NCBI GenBank assembly: GCA_003130875.1
Contig: QEXY01000108.1
Location: 3,806-67,805 of the forward strand
Direction: 5' to 3'
From: Ardenticatenia bacterium
Lineage (GTDB): Bacteria > Chloroflexota > Anaerolineae > 4572-78 > NAK82
DNA: 64,000 nucleotides
A program made the position numbers and the translations under genes. Numbering within the stretch: the first letter of the stretch is position 1; every line of letters starts with the position of its first letter. The notes under the pieces were generated by a model. That model ran no database searches and was not told where the DNA came from. It saw only the letters and a list, made by a program, of their open reading frames with translations. This document shows, piece after piece, positions 43,837 through 53,090 of this stretch.

Positions 43837-46602
43837 ATGAAGAAAGTCAATCTCGTGTTCCTTCTAGCATTGCTGCTGGCCGTCAGCCTGGTAGCAGTGC
43901 AGTGTCGGCAGCCGGAGTCTTTCACCATCACACCGGTCGCACCCAAGGCGACCGAGACTGAGGCCGCCAAGCCAACCGAGGCACCTACAGAGGCTGCCAA
44001 ACCGACCGAGGCAGCCACCGAGGCCGCCAAGCCGACCGAGGCAGCCACCGAGGCAGCCAAGCCGACCGAGGCAGCCACCGAGGCGCCGGTAGCACTGGAC
44101 GGCGCCACCCTCTTGCAAGAGCGCTGCACCAAGTGCCACGACCTCAAGCGTGTCGAGGCGGCGAAGAAAACGGCGGACCAGTGGAAGAGCACCGTCGAGC
44201 GCATGGTGTCTAAAGGGGCTCAGCTGAATGCGGAAGAGCAGAAGGTGCTCATCGAGTACCTGGCAGCGACCTACAAGGCAGCTGCTGCGCCCGAGGCAGC
44301 CACCGAGGCCGCCAAGCCGACCGAAGCAGCCACCGAGGCGCCGGCCAAGGTCACCAAGATCAAGGTGGGCACCAATGCCGAATATCCCCCCTTTGAATTC
44401 GTGGACGAAAGCGGCAAGATCGTCGGCTTCGACCCGGATCTGATGGCGGCAATCGCCAAGGCAGCCGGCTTCGAGGTGGAATGGGTCAACACGCGCTGGG
44501 ATGGTATCTTCGTCGCCCTGGCCAGCGGTGAGTTCGACGCGGTGATGTCGGCCGCGACGATCACCGAAGAGCGCAAGAAGACGGTGGACTTCAGCGATCC
44601 CTACTTCAACGCCGGCCAGGTGCTCTCGGTGAAAATCGGCAGCCCGTACAAGACCCCGGCCGACCTCGCCGGCAAGAAGATCGGCGTGCAGCTGGGCACC
44701 ACCGGGGACATCTGGGCCACCGAAAACACCAAAGCGGAGATCGTGCGCTATGACGAGGTCACCCTGGCCTTCCAGGCGCTCGCCAACGGCGATGTGGATG
44801 CCGTCATCGCCGATGGGCCCACATCGTTGGACATCATCAAGGCGAACCCGGAGATGAAGGTCCAGGTGGTGGGTGAACCCTTCACCGAGGAATATTATGG
44901 CATCGCCGTGAACAAGAAGAAACCCGAAGTCCTGGCTGCCATCAACGCCGGGTTGAAGGCGGTCAAGGAGTCGGGCGAGTATGACAAGATTTACGAGAAG
45001 TGGTTCGGCAAGGAGGAAGCCAAAGCGACCGCGACCGAAGCAGCCAAGGCAGCGGAAGAGGATCCATGCGCCTATGGCGGCGAGTTCAAATCCATCGAGG
45101 CGGTGGACGACCTGACGGTCAAGTTCACGCTGTGCTATCCGGACGTTGCCTTCCCTGCCAAGATCGCGTTCAGCGCCTTCAGCATCCATCCCTCGGAGCA
45201 GATGGAAGCGGAGAAGGGCGGTGGTAAGATGCTGGAGAAACCCATCGGCACCGGGCCCTATCAAATCGTCGAATGGAAACGCGGTGAGAGCATTACCTTC
45301 AAGCGCTTCGACGACTACTGGGGCGAGAAGGCCAAGACCCCCAACCTGATCTTCCGCTGGAGCACCGAGTCGGCACAGCGCACGCTGGAGCTCCAGGCTG
45401 GCACGGTGGACGGCATTGACAACCCTGGGCCAGAGGATTTCAAGACCATCGAGGCCGACCCCAACCTGAAGCTCTACCCGCGCGAGGGCTTCAACATCTT
45501 CTACATCGGCTTCAACACGGCATACCCGCCCTTCGACAACGAGAAGGTGCGCCAGGCGATCGCTATGGGCATCGACCGCAAGCGCATCGTCGAAAACTTC
45601 TATCCGGCGGTCGGCTCCGAGGTGGCGGACTACTTCATGCCGTGTTCCATGCCGGGTGGCTGCGTAGGTCCGAAGTGGTACGAGTTCAACCCCACTGAGG
45701 CAAAGAAGCTGTTGGCTGAGGCGGGCTATCCCAACGGCTTTGAGACCGAGATCGCGCTGCGCGACGTGGTGCGCTCCTACCTGCCGGAGCCCAAAGTCGT
45801 CGCCCAGGACATCCAGGCGCAGCTGAAGGAGAACCTGAACATCACCGCCAAGATCGTGGTGATGGAGTCGGGCGCCTTCCTGGATGCCGCGGACAGCGGG
45901 CAGCTCAAGGGATTGCATCTGCTCGGCTGGAACGGTGACTATCCGGATCCCACCAACTTCCTGGACTATCATTTCGGCGCCGGCGCTTCCAAGCAGTTCG
46001 GGCCCGGCTTCCCCGACATCCACGAAGTCCTGAAGCAGGCCGCTCAGATCAGCGATATGAACGAGCGCATCCAGCTCTATGCCAAGGCCAACGAGCTGCT
46101 GCGGCTGCATGTACCAATGATCCCGGTGGCGCACGGGGGTTCCGCCACAGCGTTCAAGGCCTCCGTCAAGGGCGCCCACGCCAGCCCGCTGGGCAACGAG
46201 TACTTTGCCGTGATGGAAATCCCCGGCAAGGACACCCTGGTGTGGATGCAGAACGCCGAGCCGATCAGCCTCTACTGCAACGATGAGACCGACGGCGAGT
46301 CGCTGCGCGCCTGCGAGCAAGTGCTTGAGTCGCTGTTGTCCTACGAGGTGGGCGGTATGGCAGTCCAGCCCGGCCTGGCCGAGTCGTATGAGGCGAACAA
46401 GGACCTGACCGAGTGGACGTTCAAGCTGCGCAAGGGGGTCAAGTTCCACGACGGTTCGACCCTGGATGCCAAGGACGTGATCACCTCGTTCACCGCATGG
46501 TGGGATGCAGCCAGCCCGCTGCACACCGGCAACACCGGTGCATTCACGTACTTCCAGGCACTCTTCGGTGCGTTCAAGAACGCGCCTCCAGCGACCGAGT
46601 AA
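43837..46602 (+). CDS. Secreted triple-fusion protein: CXXCH (heme-c-type) domain + family-3 (polar amino acid) SBP + family-5 (peptide/Ni) SBP
   Basis: Signal peptide, then EAAKPTEAAT linker repeats, then ERCTKCHDLKRVEAAKKTADQWKSTVERMVSKGAQLNAEEQKVLIEYL (about 44098-44277). A second linker follows, then KVGTNAEYPPFEFVDESGKIVGFDPDL..DAVMSAATITEER (about 44350-45015). Last comes a DppA/OppA-like part ..GTGPYQIVEWKRGESITFKRFDDYWG.. (about 45064-46602). This is one uninterrupted 921-codon ORF. Confidence 0.85.
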   Translation: MKKVNLVFLLALLLAVSLVAVQCRQPESFTITPVAPKATETEAAKPTEAPTEAAKPTEAATEAAKPTEAATEAAKPTEAATEAPVALDGATLLQERCTKCHDLKRVEAAKKTADQWKSTVERMVSKGAQLNAEEQKVLIEYLAATYKAAAAPEAATEAAKPTEAATEAPAKVTKIKVGTNAEYPPFEFVDESGKIVGFDPDLMAAIAKAAGFEVEWVNTRWDGIFVALASGEFDAVMSAATITEERKKTVDFSDPYFNAGQVLSVKIGSPYKTPADLAGKKIGVQLGTTGDIWATENTKAEIVRYDEVTLAFQALANGDVDAVIADGPTSLDIIKANPEMKVQVVGEPFTEEYYGIAVNKKKPEVLAAINAGLKAVKESGEYDKIYEKWFGKEEAKATATEAAKAAEEDPCAYGGEFKSIEAVDDLTVKFTLCYPDVAFPAKIAFSAFSIHPSEQMEAEKGGGKMLEKPIGTGPYQIVEWKRGESITFKRFDDYWGEKAKTPNLIFRWSTESAQRTLELQAGTVDGIDNPGPEDFKTIEADPNLKLYPREGFNIFYIGFNTAYPPFDNEKVRQAIAMGIDRKRIVENFYPAVGSEVADYFMPCSMPGGCVGPKWYEFNPTEAKKLLAEAGYPNGFETEIALRDVVRSYLPEPKVVAQDIQAQLKENLNITAKIVVMESGAFLDAADSGQLKGLHLLGWNGDYPDPTNFLDYHFGAGASKQFGPGFPDIHEVLKQAAQISDMNERIQLYAKANELLRLHVPMIPVAHGGSATAFKASVKGAHASPLGNEYFAVMEIPGKDTLVWMQNAEPISLYCNDETDGESLRACEQVLESLLSYEVGGMAVQPGLAESYEANKDLTEWTFKLRKGVKFHDGSTLDAKDVITSFTAWWDAASPLHTGNTGAFTYFQALFGAFKNAPPATE
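43951..44086 (+). repeat. In-frame 30-nt tandem repeats encoding (TEAAKPTEAA)n linkers
   Basis: gccaagccgaccgaggcagccaccgag-type units are repeated about 4 times. A shorter second block lies at about 44284-44340. Confidence 0.85.
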
Positions 46603-46616
46603 CCATGTTTCCCTTT

Positions 46617-46659
46617 GGTTCGCTCCCGTTGAGGATGCTACCCTCGGCGGGAGCGAACC
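46617..46659 (+). promoter_or_regulatory. Intercistronic stem-loop 1 after the fusion SBP gene
   Basis: Perfect 12-bp inverted repeat GGTTCGCTCCCG / CGGGAGCGAACC with a 19-nt loop, starting 15 nt after the stop. Confidence 0.6.
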
Positions 46660-46699
46660 GCATAGCTTTTCATTGCGGCGCAACCTGTGCCCGTGGCAG

Positions 46700-46758
46700 C
46701 TTGCTCCCCTTCGCGATGCACCCCGCAAGAACACTATAGAAGGGGAGCAAGGTTTTGT
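46700..46758 (+). promoter_or_regulatory. Intercistronic stem-loop 2 with a trailing T-run (possible partial terminator)
   Basis: Perfect 12-bp inverted repeat CTTGCTCCCCTT / AAGGGGAGCAAG with a 28-nt loop, followed by GTTTTGT. Confidence 0.55.
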
Positions 46759-46807
46759 AATGTCCGTAGCGATTGGTAGCGATGTACTCAGGAGCTGCTG
46801 ACCACCT

Positions 46808-47881
46808 GTGACGCGATACGTTATCAGCCGCTTGCTTATGGCGGTGCCGGTCATCTTCGGCGTGTTGTTCATCACGTTTGCACTGGCACGGGTGATCCCA
46901 GGCGATCCGTGTCGTGCCATCCTGGGTGAGAAAGCCACCGATGCTGTATGCGAAAAGTTTATCCAAGATAAAGGACTCGACCAGCCCATCCCGGTGCAGT
47001 TTGCGATCTATCTCAAGGAAATCGCCCAGGGCGACTTCGGCATCTCCTTCCGCACCAAGCAGGCGGTCACCGAGATGATCATCGAACGCCTGCCACAGAC
47101 CATCGAGCTGACCATCGCCGCGATGATCTTCGCCAGCTTGCTGGGCATTCTCCTCGGCATGATCGCGGCCTATTGGGCCAACAGCAAGGTGGACGTGGCG
47201 GTGATGATCGGCGCCAACATCGGGGTTTCCATGCCTGTCTTCTGGCTGGGACTGATGCTAGCCTATGTTTTTGCCCTGTTGCTCAAGGACACCCCCCTCT
47301 GGCTGCCCCCCTCCGGACGATTGAGCTCCGGGATCAACGTCGCAAATCTCACCCAGTTGTGGGGGCTTGAGCCAGGACACGCGCTACATGGCTTCGTGTC
47401 GTTCATCTCCAATCTGGTGATCCTAAATGCCCTCATCACAGGCAACTGGACGGCACTGGGCGATGCGATCAAACATCTCATCCTGCCAGCGGTCGCGCTG
47501 GGCACCATCCCTATGTCCATCATCGCGCGCATGACACGCTCCAGCTTGCTCGAGGTGCTCGGCCTGGATTATATCCGCACGGCACGCGCCAAAGGCCTGC
47601 GCGAGATCTGGGTGATCTTCCGCCACGCAATGTCCAACGCGATGCTACCCGTGGTCACCGTGATCGGTCTATCGCTGGGCTCATTGCTCAGCGGAGCAGT
47701 GCTGACCGAGACGATCTTCGGCCTCTCGGGCGTGGGGCGCATTATGTACGACTCGATCACCGCGCGCGATTACGGGGTCGTCCAGGGATTTGTGGTGGTG
47801 ATCGCGCTGATTTACGTATTGGCCAACCTCGCCGTGGACCTTTCCTATGCCGTGCTGGATCCGCGCATTCGTCTGGACTAG
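46808..47881 (+). CDS. Peptide/nickel-type ABC permease (DppB/OppB family)
   Basis: MTRYVISRLLMAVPVIFGVLFITFALARVIPGDP, ..YIRTARAKGL.. and ..DLSYAVLDPRIR are family signatures. GTG start. Confidence 0.85.
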   Translation: MTRYVISRLLMAVPVIFGVLFITFALARVIPGDPCRAILGEKATDAVCEKFIQDKGLDQPIPVQFAIYLKEIAQGDFGISFRTKQAVTEMIIERLPQTIELTIAAMIFASLLGILLGMIAAYWANSKVDVAVMIGANIGVSMPVFWLGLMLAYVFALLLKDTPLWLPPSGRLSSGINVANLTQLWGLEPGHALHGFVSFISNLVILNALITGNWTALGDAIKHLILPAVALGTIPMSIIARMTRSSLLEVLGLDYIRTARAKGLREIWVIFRHAMSNAMLPVVTVIGLSLGSLLSGAVLTETIFGLSGVGRIMYDSITARDYGVVQGFVVVIALIYVLANLAVDLSYAVLDPRIRLD

Positions 47882-47900
47882 AGGTTTCAGGTAGCACACG

Positions 47901-48842
47901 ATGCCACCATCTGATTTACTGACGAAAAAGCTGGATGAGATGTTGCCACGCGGCTCGAGCCTCTGGGTGGACGCTTTGCGCAATATCGTGCACCGGCGTT
48001 CGGCTATCGTGGGCGCCGCAATGCTCTTCTTCCTGATCGTCACCGCGACCTTCGCTCCCTTGATCGCCACGCACGATCCAGAGATGGTCCTGCTCGGCAT
48101 CGAAAACGTGAAACGGCGCAGCCCGCCGTGCATTCACCTGCTGGGGTGTCCACCCGATCAGCCGCAGCACCTGATGGGCGTGGACGGAAACGTGCGCGAT
48201 TTCTTCAGCCGCATGGTCTATGGCGCACGTTTGTCGTTGCAGATCGGCTTTTCAACGGTGTCCTTCGCCATCGTGGTGGGGGGCTTGCTGATCGGCGCCG
48301 TGTCCGGCTATGTGGGCGGCTGGGTGGACAACCTGCTGATGCGCATCATGGACGTCATCCTGGCCTTTCCCTACCTGTTGCTGGCGATCGCCATTGTCAC
48401 CGTGCTCGGTCCGGGATTGATCAACGCCCTTTTGGCCATCGGCATCGTCTCGATCCCGATCTATGCGCGGGTGATGCGTTCCAGCGTGCTTTCGATTAAG
48501 CAGATGGACTTTGTACTGGCGGACCGGGCGATCGGGGTGCCGCCGGCGCGTATCCTGTTCCGCCGCATCATGCCCAACGCGCTGACGCCGCTGATCGTGC
48601 AGGGGACATTGGGCATCGCCACCGCGATCCTGGATGCGGCAGCGCTCTCCTTCCTGGGACTGGGCGCCCAGCCACCGACGCCGGAATGGGGATTGATGCT
48701 GAGCGAGGAGCGCAATCAGGTGTTCACCGCGCCACACCTGGTGTTCTTTCCCGGTTTTGCCATTATGCTCACTGTGTTATCCTTCAACCTGTTAGGCGAT
48801 GGATTGCGCGATGCGCTCGACCCGCGTTTGCGCCACCGATAG
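47901..48842 (+). CDS. Peptide/nickel-type ABC permease (DppC/OppC family)
   Basis: ..LMGVDGNVRDFFSRMVYGAR.., ..MDVILAFPYLLLAIAIV.. and ..GDGLRDALDPR. Confidence 0.85.
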   Translation: MPPSDLLTKKLDEMLPRGSSLWVDALRNIVHRRSAIVGAAMLFFLIVTATFAPLIATHDPEMVLLGIENVKRRSPPCIHLLGCPPDQPQHLMGVDGNVRDFFSRMVYGARLSLQIGFSTVSFAIVVGGLLIGAVSGYVGGWVDNLLMRIMDVILAFPYLLLAIAIVTVLGPGLINALLAIGIVSIPIYARVMRSSVLSIKQMDFVLADRAIGVPPARILFRRIMPNALTPLIVQGTLGIATAILDAAALSFLGLGAQPPTPEWGLMLSEERNQVFTAPHLVFFPGFAIMLTVLSFNLLGDGLRDALDPRLRHR

Positions 48843-48960
48843 TCATCGATATGGAGGGCGCGTTTCGGTTGCGTTAGAGTGCGCTCGGCGTGCCGGTATC
48901 GGATGACGGACGATGTGCTATACTTCTGCAGGGAATGAGGAGGACAAGGGGACTGGGTCT

Positions 48961-50292
48961 ATGGAATCTGGGGAAACATCCGAATCGCTTTCCAAAGCGT
49001 TACAACCTGATTGGGCAGCGCGCCGGCGCGGGCGTATCGGACTGGCCATCCCCTGGGAACACATCCCATGGTGGGGCATCATCGTGCTCATCGTGGGTGT
49101 CATCGCCGGATTCTCCGCTCTGACGAACACGCGGTATATCGACGCGCTCTATTTCATCTTCGACTTGCCGTGGAACAAGACCGTCGTCGGACGTGGCACC
49201 GTGGATGCAAATGGGCGCTGGCAGGTGACGGTGCAACCCGGCCTGGAGCCCGGCCACTACACACTCTACGCCCAATTCAACGACCCGGAAGGCAACTTTG
49301 TAGGACGCAGCGAAGCGTATCGCATCGTGGTGCCGGAGGGAGCGTCCGCAAAGGAGACACCGCCCATCACCGCGCCAGCGCCGCAACCGCTCGAGATCGA
49401 TACTTCCACACCCACCCTGGCGGGCGAGGCCGTGGCAGGATACGAAGTGATCGTCTATGACGATTTCAGCCATAACCTGTGGCGGGTGCTGGTGCGCATC
49501 GCCACAGCGAACGGAGTGTTGTTGACCATTCGCACGACGTTGCTAGCCTACGGGGGTGCCCTGATACTAGGCCTGATCTTCGGCGTGATGCGCGTCTCCA
49601 GCCGCTCGCCCAATCTGATCGATCACGCTGGCAGACGGGTGGCCATCGGGCTGGCCCTGGCACTCGTTGTGCTGGCCCTGGTGCCTGCCGCGCGGGTACT
49701 CCCGTTAGCCGGCATAGTGGTGCTGGGAGGACCGATTTTGTTGTTTCTGCTGCCGGCGCTGCCCTATACTATCTCCACACTCTACGTCGAGGTGGTGCGC
49801 GGCGTGCCCATGCTGGTCATCATCCTGTATATGGGCTTCGCGGTGACCCCGGCATTGCGCGAGAGCACCGACAACCTGGTGGATTTGCGCGGCTGGCCCT
49901 CCGCGCTGATCGGCCTGGCCTTCGGCTATGGTGCTTACCTGGCGGAGGTGTTCCGCGCCGGCATCCAATCTATCCCACGCGGACAGATGGAAGCGGCGCG
50001 CTCCCTGGGAATGAGCTATATGCAGGCCATGCGCTACATCATCCTGCCGCAGGCGGTGCGCGTGGTACTCCCGCCGCTGGGCAATGACTTCATCTCGATG
50101 CTCAAGGACTCGTCGCTGATCTCCGTCATCGCATTGCCCGAGGTGTTACAACAGGGCCGCTTGTGGATCTCGCGCAACTTTCGCGCTTTTGAGGGCTTCA
50201 ATTCGGTGGTGATGGTCTATCTGGTGATGACTCTGCTGCTTTCGCTGATGGTGCGCACCGTGGAGCGCAAGACCAGCCTGCCAGGCCGATGA
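48961..50292 (+). CDS. Polar amino acid ABC permease (HisM/GlnP family) with N-terminal TM segment and extracytoplasmic Ig-like domain
   Basis: C-terminal half ..[48 protein letters not shown].. N-terminal region [31 protein letters not shown] is Ig-like. The start is uncertain (ATG 48961 or 48913). Confidence 0.75.
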   Translation: MESGETSESLSKALQPDWAARRRGRIGLAIPWEHIPWWGIIVLIVGVIAGFSALTNTRYIDALYFIFDLPWNKTVVGRGTVDANGRWQVTVQPGLEPGHYTLYAQFNDPEGNFVGRSEAYRIVVPEGASAKETPPITAPAPQPLEIDTSTPTLAGEAVAGYEVIVYDDFSHNLWRVLVRIATANGVLLTIRTTLLAYGGALILGLIFGVMRVSSRSPNLIDHAGRRVAIGLALALVVLALVPAARVLPLAGIVVLGGPILLFLLPALPYTISTLYVEVVRGVPMLVIILYMGFAVTPALRESTDNLVDLRGWPSALIGLAFGYGAYLAEVFRAGIQSIPRGQMEAARSLGMSYMQAMRYIILPQAVRVVLPPLGNDFISMLKDSSLISVIALPEVLQQGRLWISRNFRAFEGFNSVVMVYLVMTLLLSLMVRTVERKTSLPGR

Positions 50293-50371
50293 ATCGCTCT
50301 TCAAGCGATGGGAGATGAACAGAGGACGTGTTAAGGAAGCGTTTGAGGAAGGAGGAGGAAAGAACGGGGCG

Positions 50372-51112
50372 ATGACTTCACGTCAGCCGGTGATCATCCT
50401 GGAGAATGTGCACAAGCGTTTCGGCAAGGTGCACGCGCTACGCGGGGTGAGCCTGGAAGTGGCATTGGGCGAAGTGGTGGTTGTGATCGGACCCAGCGGT
50501 TCCGGCAAGTCCACCATGCTGCGCTGCATCAACCATCTGGAGACGATCGACAGCGGGCGCATCATTGTGGACGGCATCCCGCTCGACAAAGCCCAAAACA
50601 TCAATAAGGTACGGGCCGAGGTAGGGATGGTCTTCCAACTCTTCAACCTCTTTCCCCATCTCACCGCATTGGAGAACATCACTCTGGCCCAACGCGTGGT
50701 ACGCAAGCGCAGCGAGGAACAAGCTGTGGCCATTGCGCTCGAACTGCTCAAGAAGGTGGGGATTCCCGACAAAGCGGACAGCTACCCGCACCAGCTCTCC
50801 GGTGGCCAACAACAGCGCGTGGCAATCGCACGTGCGTTGGCCATGCAGCCTAAGATTATGTTGTTCGACGAACCGACCTCGGCGTTAGACCCGGAGATGA
50901 TCAAAGAGGTGCTGGATGTAATGCTCGACCTGGCGCGCGAAGGAATGACGATGGTTGTGGTCTCGCACGAAATGGGCTTCGCCCGCGCGGCTGCGACCCG
51001 GATGATCTTCATGGACGAGGGGCAGATCATCGAGCAGGGCACTCCCGATGAGATTTATTACAACCCCCAGCACGAACGGACCAAGCTGTTCCTGAGCAAG
51101 GTGCTGCACTAG
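50372..51112 (+). CDS. Polar amino acid ABC ATPase (GlnQ/HisP family)
   Basis: [48 protein letters not shown] 50372 behind GGAGGAGG. Confidence 0.9.
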   Translation: MTSRQPVIILENVHKRFGKVHALRGVSLEVALGEVVVVIGPSGSGKSTMLRCINHLETIDSGRIIVDGIPLDKAQNINKVRAEVGMVFQLFNLFPHLTALENITLAQRVVRKRSEEQAVAIALELLKKVGIPDKADSYPHQLSGGQQQRVAIARALAMQPKIMLFDEPTSALDPEMIKEVLDVMLDLAREGMTMVVVSHEMGFARAAATRMIFMDEGQIIEQGTPDEIYYNPQHERTKLFLSKVLH

Positions 51113-51122
51113 TAGAAACCCT

Positions 51123-51938
51123 ATGGCACTTATCTACTGCGTCGCCAACCAGAAAGGGGGTGTCGGCAAGACGACCACGGTCGTCAATGTGGGCGACTAT
51201 CTGACCATGCGCGGGCACAACGTGCTGGTGGTCGATGTCGACCCCCAGGCAAACGCGACTTCCAGCTTAGGGATGCGCGAGAAAGAAAGAAGCGCATCCG
51301 CCCATCCCGCGCCCACCATCTACGAGGTGCTCGTCAGCGAGCAGCCTATCGGACAGGCCATCCGGACGACACGGCGACCGCGCCTGCACGTTGTGCCGTC
51401 CACCCCGGCACTGGCCGGCGCCGAGGTGGAGCTGGTGGGACTGACAGGGCGGGAGACACGCCTGCGCAGGGCACTCACCTCTATCCTGCAATACTATGAC
51501 TATGTGTTGATCGACACACCTCCCAGCTTGGGTCTGTTGACCATCAACGCCTTGACAGCCAGCCGTGACGGGGTGATCATCCCGGTGCAATGCGAATACC
51601 TGGCGCTGGAAGGGCTGAGCCATCTCTTGCACACCATCGACCTGGTGCGCCAGCGGCTCAATCCGCAGCTCAAGATCGCCGGTGTCGTGCTGACGATGTA
51701 TGATGGACGCACCCGTCTGTCTCAGGAGGTGGTCCAGGAGGTGAAAAAGTTCTTCCGGGCAGGAGAGGTGTTCCAGACGATTGTGCCGCGCAATGTGCGC
51801 CTGAGCGAAGCGCCCAGCTTTGGCGAAACGATCTTCACCTATTCGCCCGAATCAACCGGCGCCATGGCATATGCCGCCCTGGCCGAGGAATTGCTGGCAC
51901 GCGCCAAACAACCGGTTCGCGAGCGAGGAGTACGATAG
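51123..51938 (+). CDS. parA: Chromosome partitioning ATPase ParA/Soj
   Basis: VANQKGGVGKTTTVVNVG deviant Walker A, DPQANATS, and the position directly upstream of parB. Confidence 0.9.
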   Translation: MALIYCVANQKGGVGKTTTVVNVGDYLTMRGHNVLVVDVDPQANATSSLGMREKERSASAHPAPTIYEVLVSEQPIGQAIRTTRRPRLHVVPSTPALAGAEVELVGLTGRETRLRRALTSILQYYDYVLIDTPPSLGLLTINALTASRDGVIIPVQCEYLALEGLSHLLHTIDLVRQRLNPQLKIAGVVLTMYDGRTRLSQEVVQEVKKFFRAGEVFQTIVPRNVRLSEAPSFGETIFTYSPESTGAMAYAALAEELLARAKQPVRERGVR

Positions 51939-51944
51939 GGGAGC

Positions 51945-52817
51945 ATGAGCAAGCCACGCAGTGTGTTAGGACGTGGATTGGAAGCGCTCATCGCCAGCAG
52001 TGAGCCCTCCTCCGCAGCACGCAGCGCCGCGGTCGTCGACATCCCGCTGGACCAGTTGCAGCCCAACCCGATGCAGCCGCGCCACGACATGCGCCCAGAG
52101 GAGCTGGAAGAGCTGGCGGCTTCCATCCGCGCCCACGGGGTGATCCAGCCGCTGGTTGTGACCAGAACCGATCAAGGGTATCAGATCATCACCGGCGAAC
52201 GCCGCTGGCGTGCGGCACAGCTGGCTGGGTTGGAGAGCGTCCCGGCCATCATCAAGGAGACCACACCGCGCGAAATGCTTGAGCTGGCGCTGGTGGAGAA
52301 CATCCAGCGCGCTGACCTGAACCCGCTGGAGGAAGCCAGCGCCTATCAGCAATTGATGGACGAATTTGGGCTGACGCAAGAGGAAGTGGCGGTCCAGGTG
52401 GGCAAGAGCCGGGTGGCGGTGGCCAACACCGTGCGTCTGCTCAAACTGCCGGACGAGGTCAAAGAGGCGCTGACGGCCGGCGCGATCAGCGCAGGGCACG
52501 CGCGTGCCCTGCTGGCCCTGCCCACAGTGGAACAGCAACTCCGCGCGCTGGAGGCCATCCGTCGCGGCGGTCTGACGGTGCGCCAGACCGAAGCGCTGGT
52601 GCGCGCCCTACAGGCACAGCCGGATGAGGAGGCGACTGCATCCGGCGAACGGCACCTTTCTCCGCAGGACCGTTACGTGGTAGAACGTTTCGAAGGACGC
52701 CTAGGCACCCGGGTGGAGCTGGTGCGCAGCAAGCGAGGCGGACGCCTGGTGATCCACTTCTACTCCGATGAGGAGCTTCAGGCGATCTACCAGGCCGTGG
52801 TGGGAGAGACGATGTGA
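51945..52817 (+). CDS. parB: Chromosome partitioning protein ParB/Spo0J
   Basis: LGRGLEALI, LQPNPMQPR, GVIQPLVV, GERRWRAAQLAGL. Confidence 0.9.
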   Translation: MSKPRSVLGRGLEALIASSEPSSAARSAAVVDIPLDQLQPNPMQPRHDMRPEELEELAASIRAHGVIQPLVVTRTDQGYQIITGERRWRAAQLAGLESVPAIIKETTPREMLELALVENIQRADLNPLEEASAYQQLMDEFGLTQEEVAVQVGKSRVAVANTVRLLKLPDEVKEALTAGAISAGHARALLALPTVEQQLRALEAIRRGGLTVRQTEALVRALQAQPDEEATASGERHLSPQDRYVVERFEGRLGTRVELVRSKRGGRLVIHFYSDEELQAIYQAVVGETM

Positions 52818-52969
52818 GTGGCTGCGGTGTATGCTGGCCGTCCGGAGCATCCTCGGTTATCCGAGCTGCGACCGTCAGCGAACGGCTAGAGCGACTGGCT
52901 TACGCACGCGGTCTGGCTCGAGCCCCTAACTCTCCCCAAAATGAAATGCACCCTTTGTAGAAAACAGAC

Positions 52970-52998
52970 TTGCAAAATTCGCGGGAGCAGGCTATAAT
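52970..52998 (+). promoter_or_regulatory. Promoter of tRNA-Val
   Basis: TTGCAA, 17-nt spacer, TATAAT ending 18 nt before the tRNA 5' end. Confidence 0.55.
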
Positions 52999-53016
52999 AG
53001 AAGGTGAAATACGAAA

Positions 53017-53090
53017 GGGCGCGTAGCTCAGCCGGTCAGAGCGCACGGTTCACATCCGTGAGGTCAGAGGTTCGAACCCTCTCGCGCCCA
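53017..53090 (+). tRNA. tRNA-Val (anticodon CAC)
   Basis: Acceptor stem GGGCGCG/CGCGCCC, D-arm TAGCTCAGCCGGTCAGAGC, anticodon stem-loop CACGG-TTCACAT-CCGTG, T-arm AGAGGTTCGAACCCTCT, discriminator A. CCA is not encoded. A T-rich tail follows. Confidence 0.9.

Noticed and set aside
43951-44340. Tandem 30-nt repeats that might suggest a CRISPR-like or VNTR array
   Set aside because: The repeats are contiguous without spacers and in frame, and they encode the EAAKPTEAAT linker of the SBP fusion. They are not a CRISPR array.
43864-46989. 1041-aa minus-strand ORF, the longest in the track
   Set aside because: It is antisense to the strongly recognisable SBP fusion gene. Its translation is Arg/Gly/Leu/His-rich with no motifs, the typical shadow ORF of GC-rich DNA.
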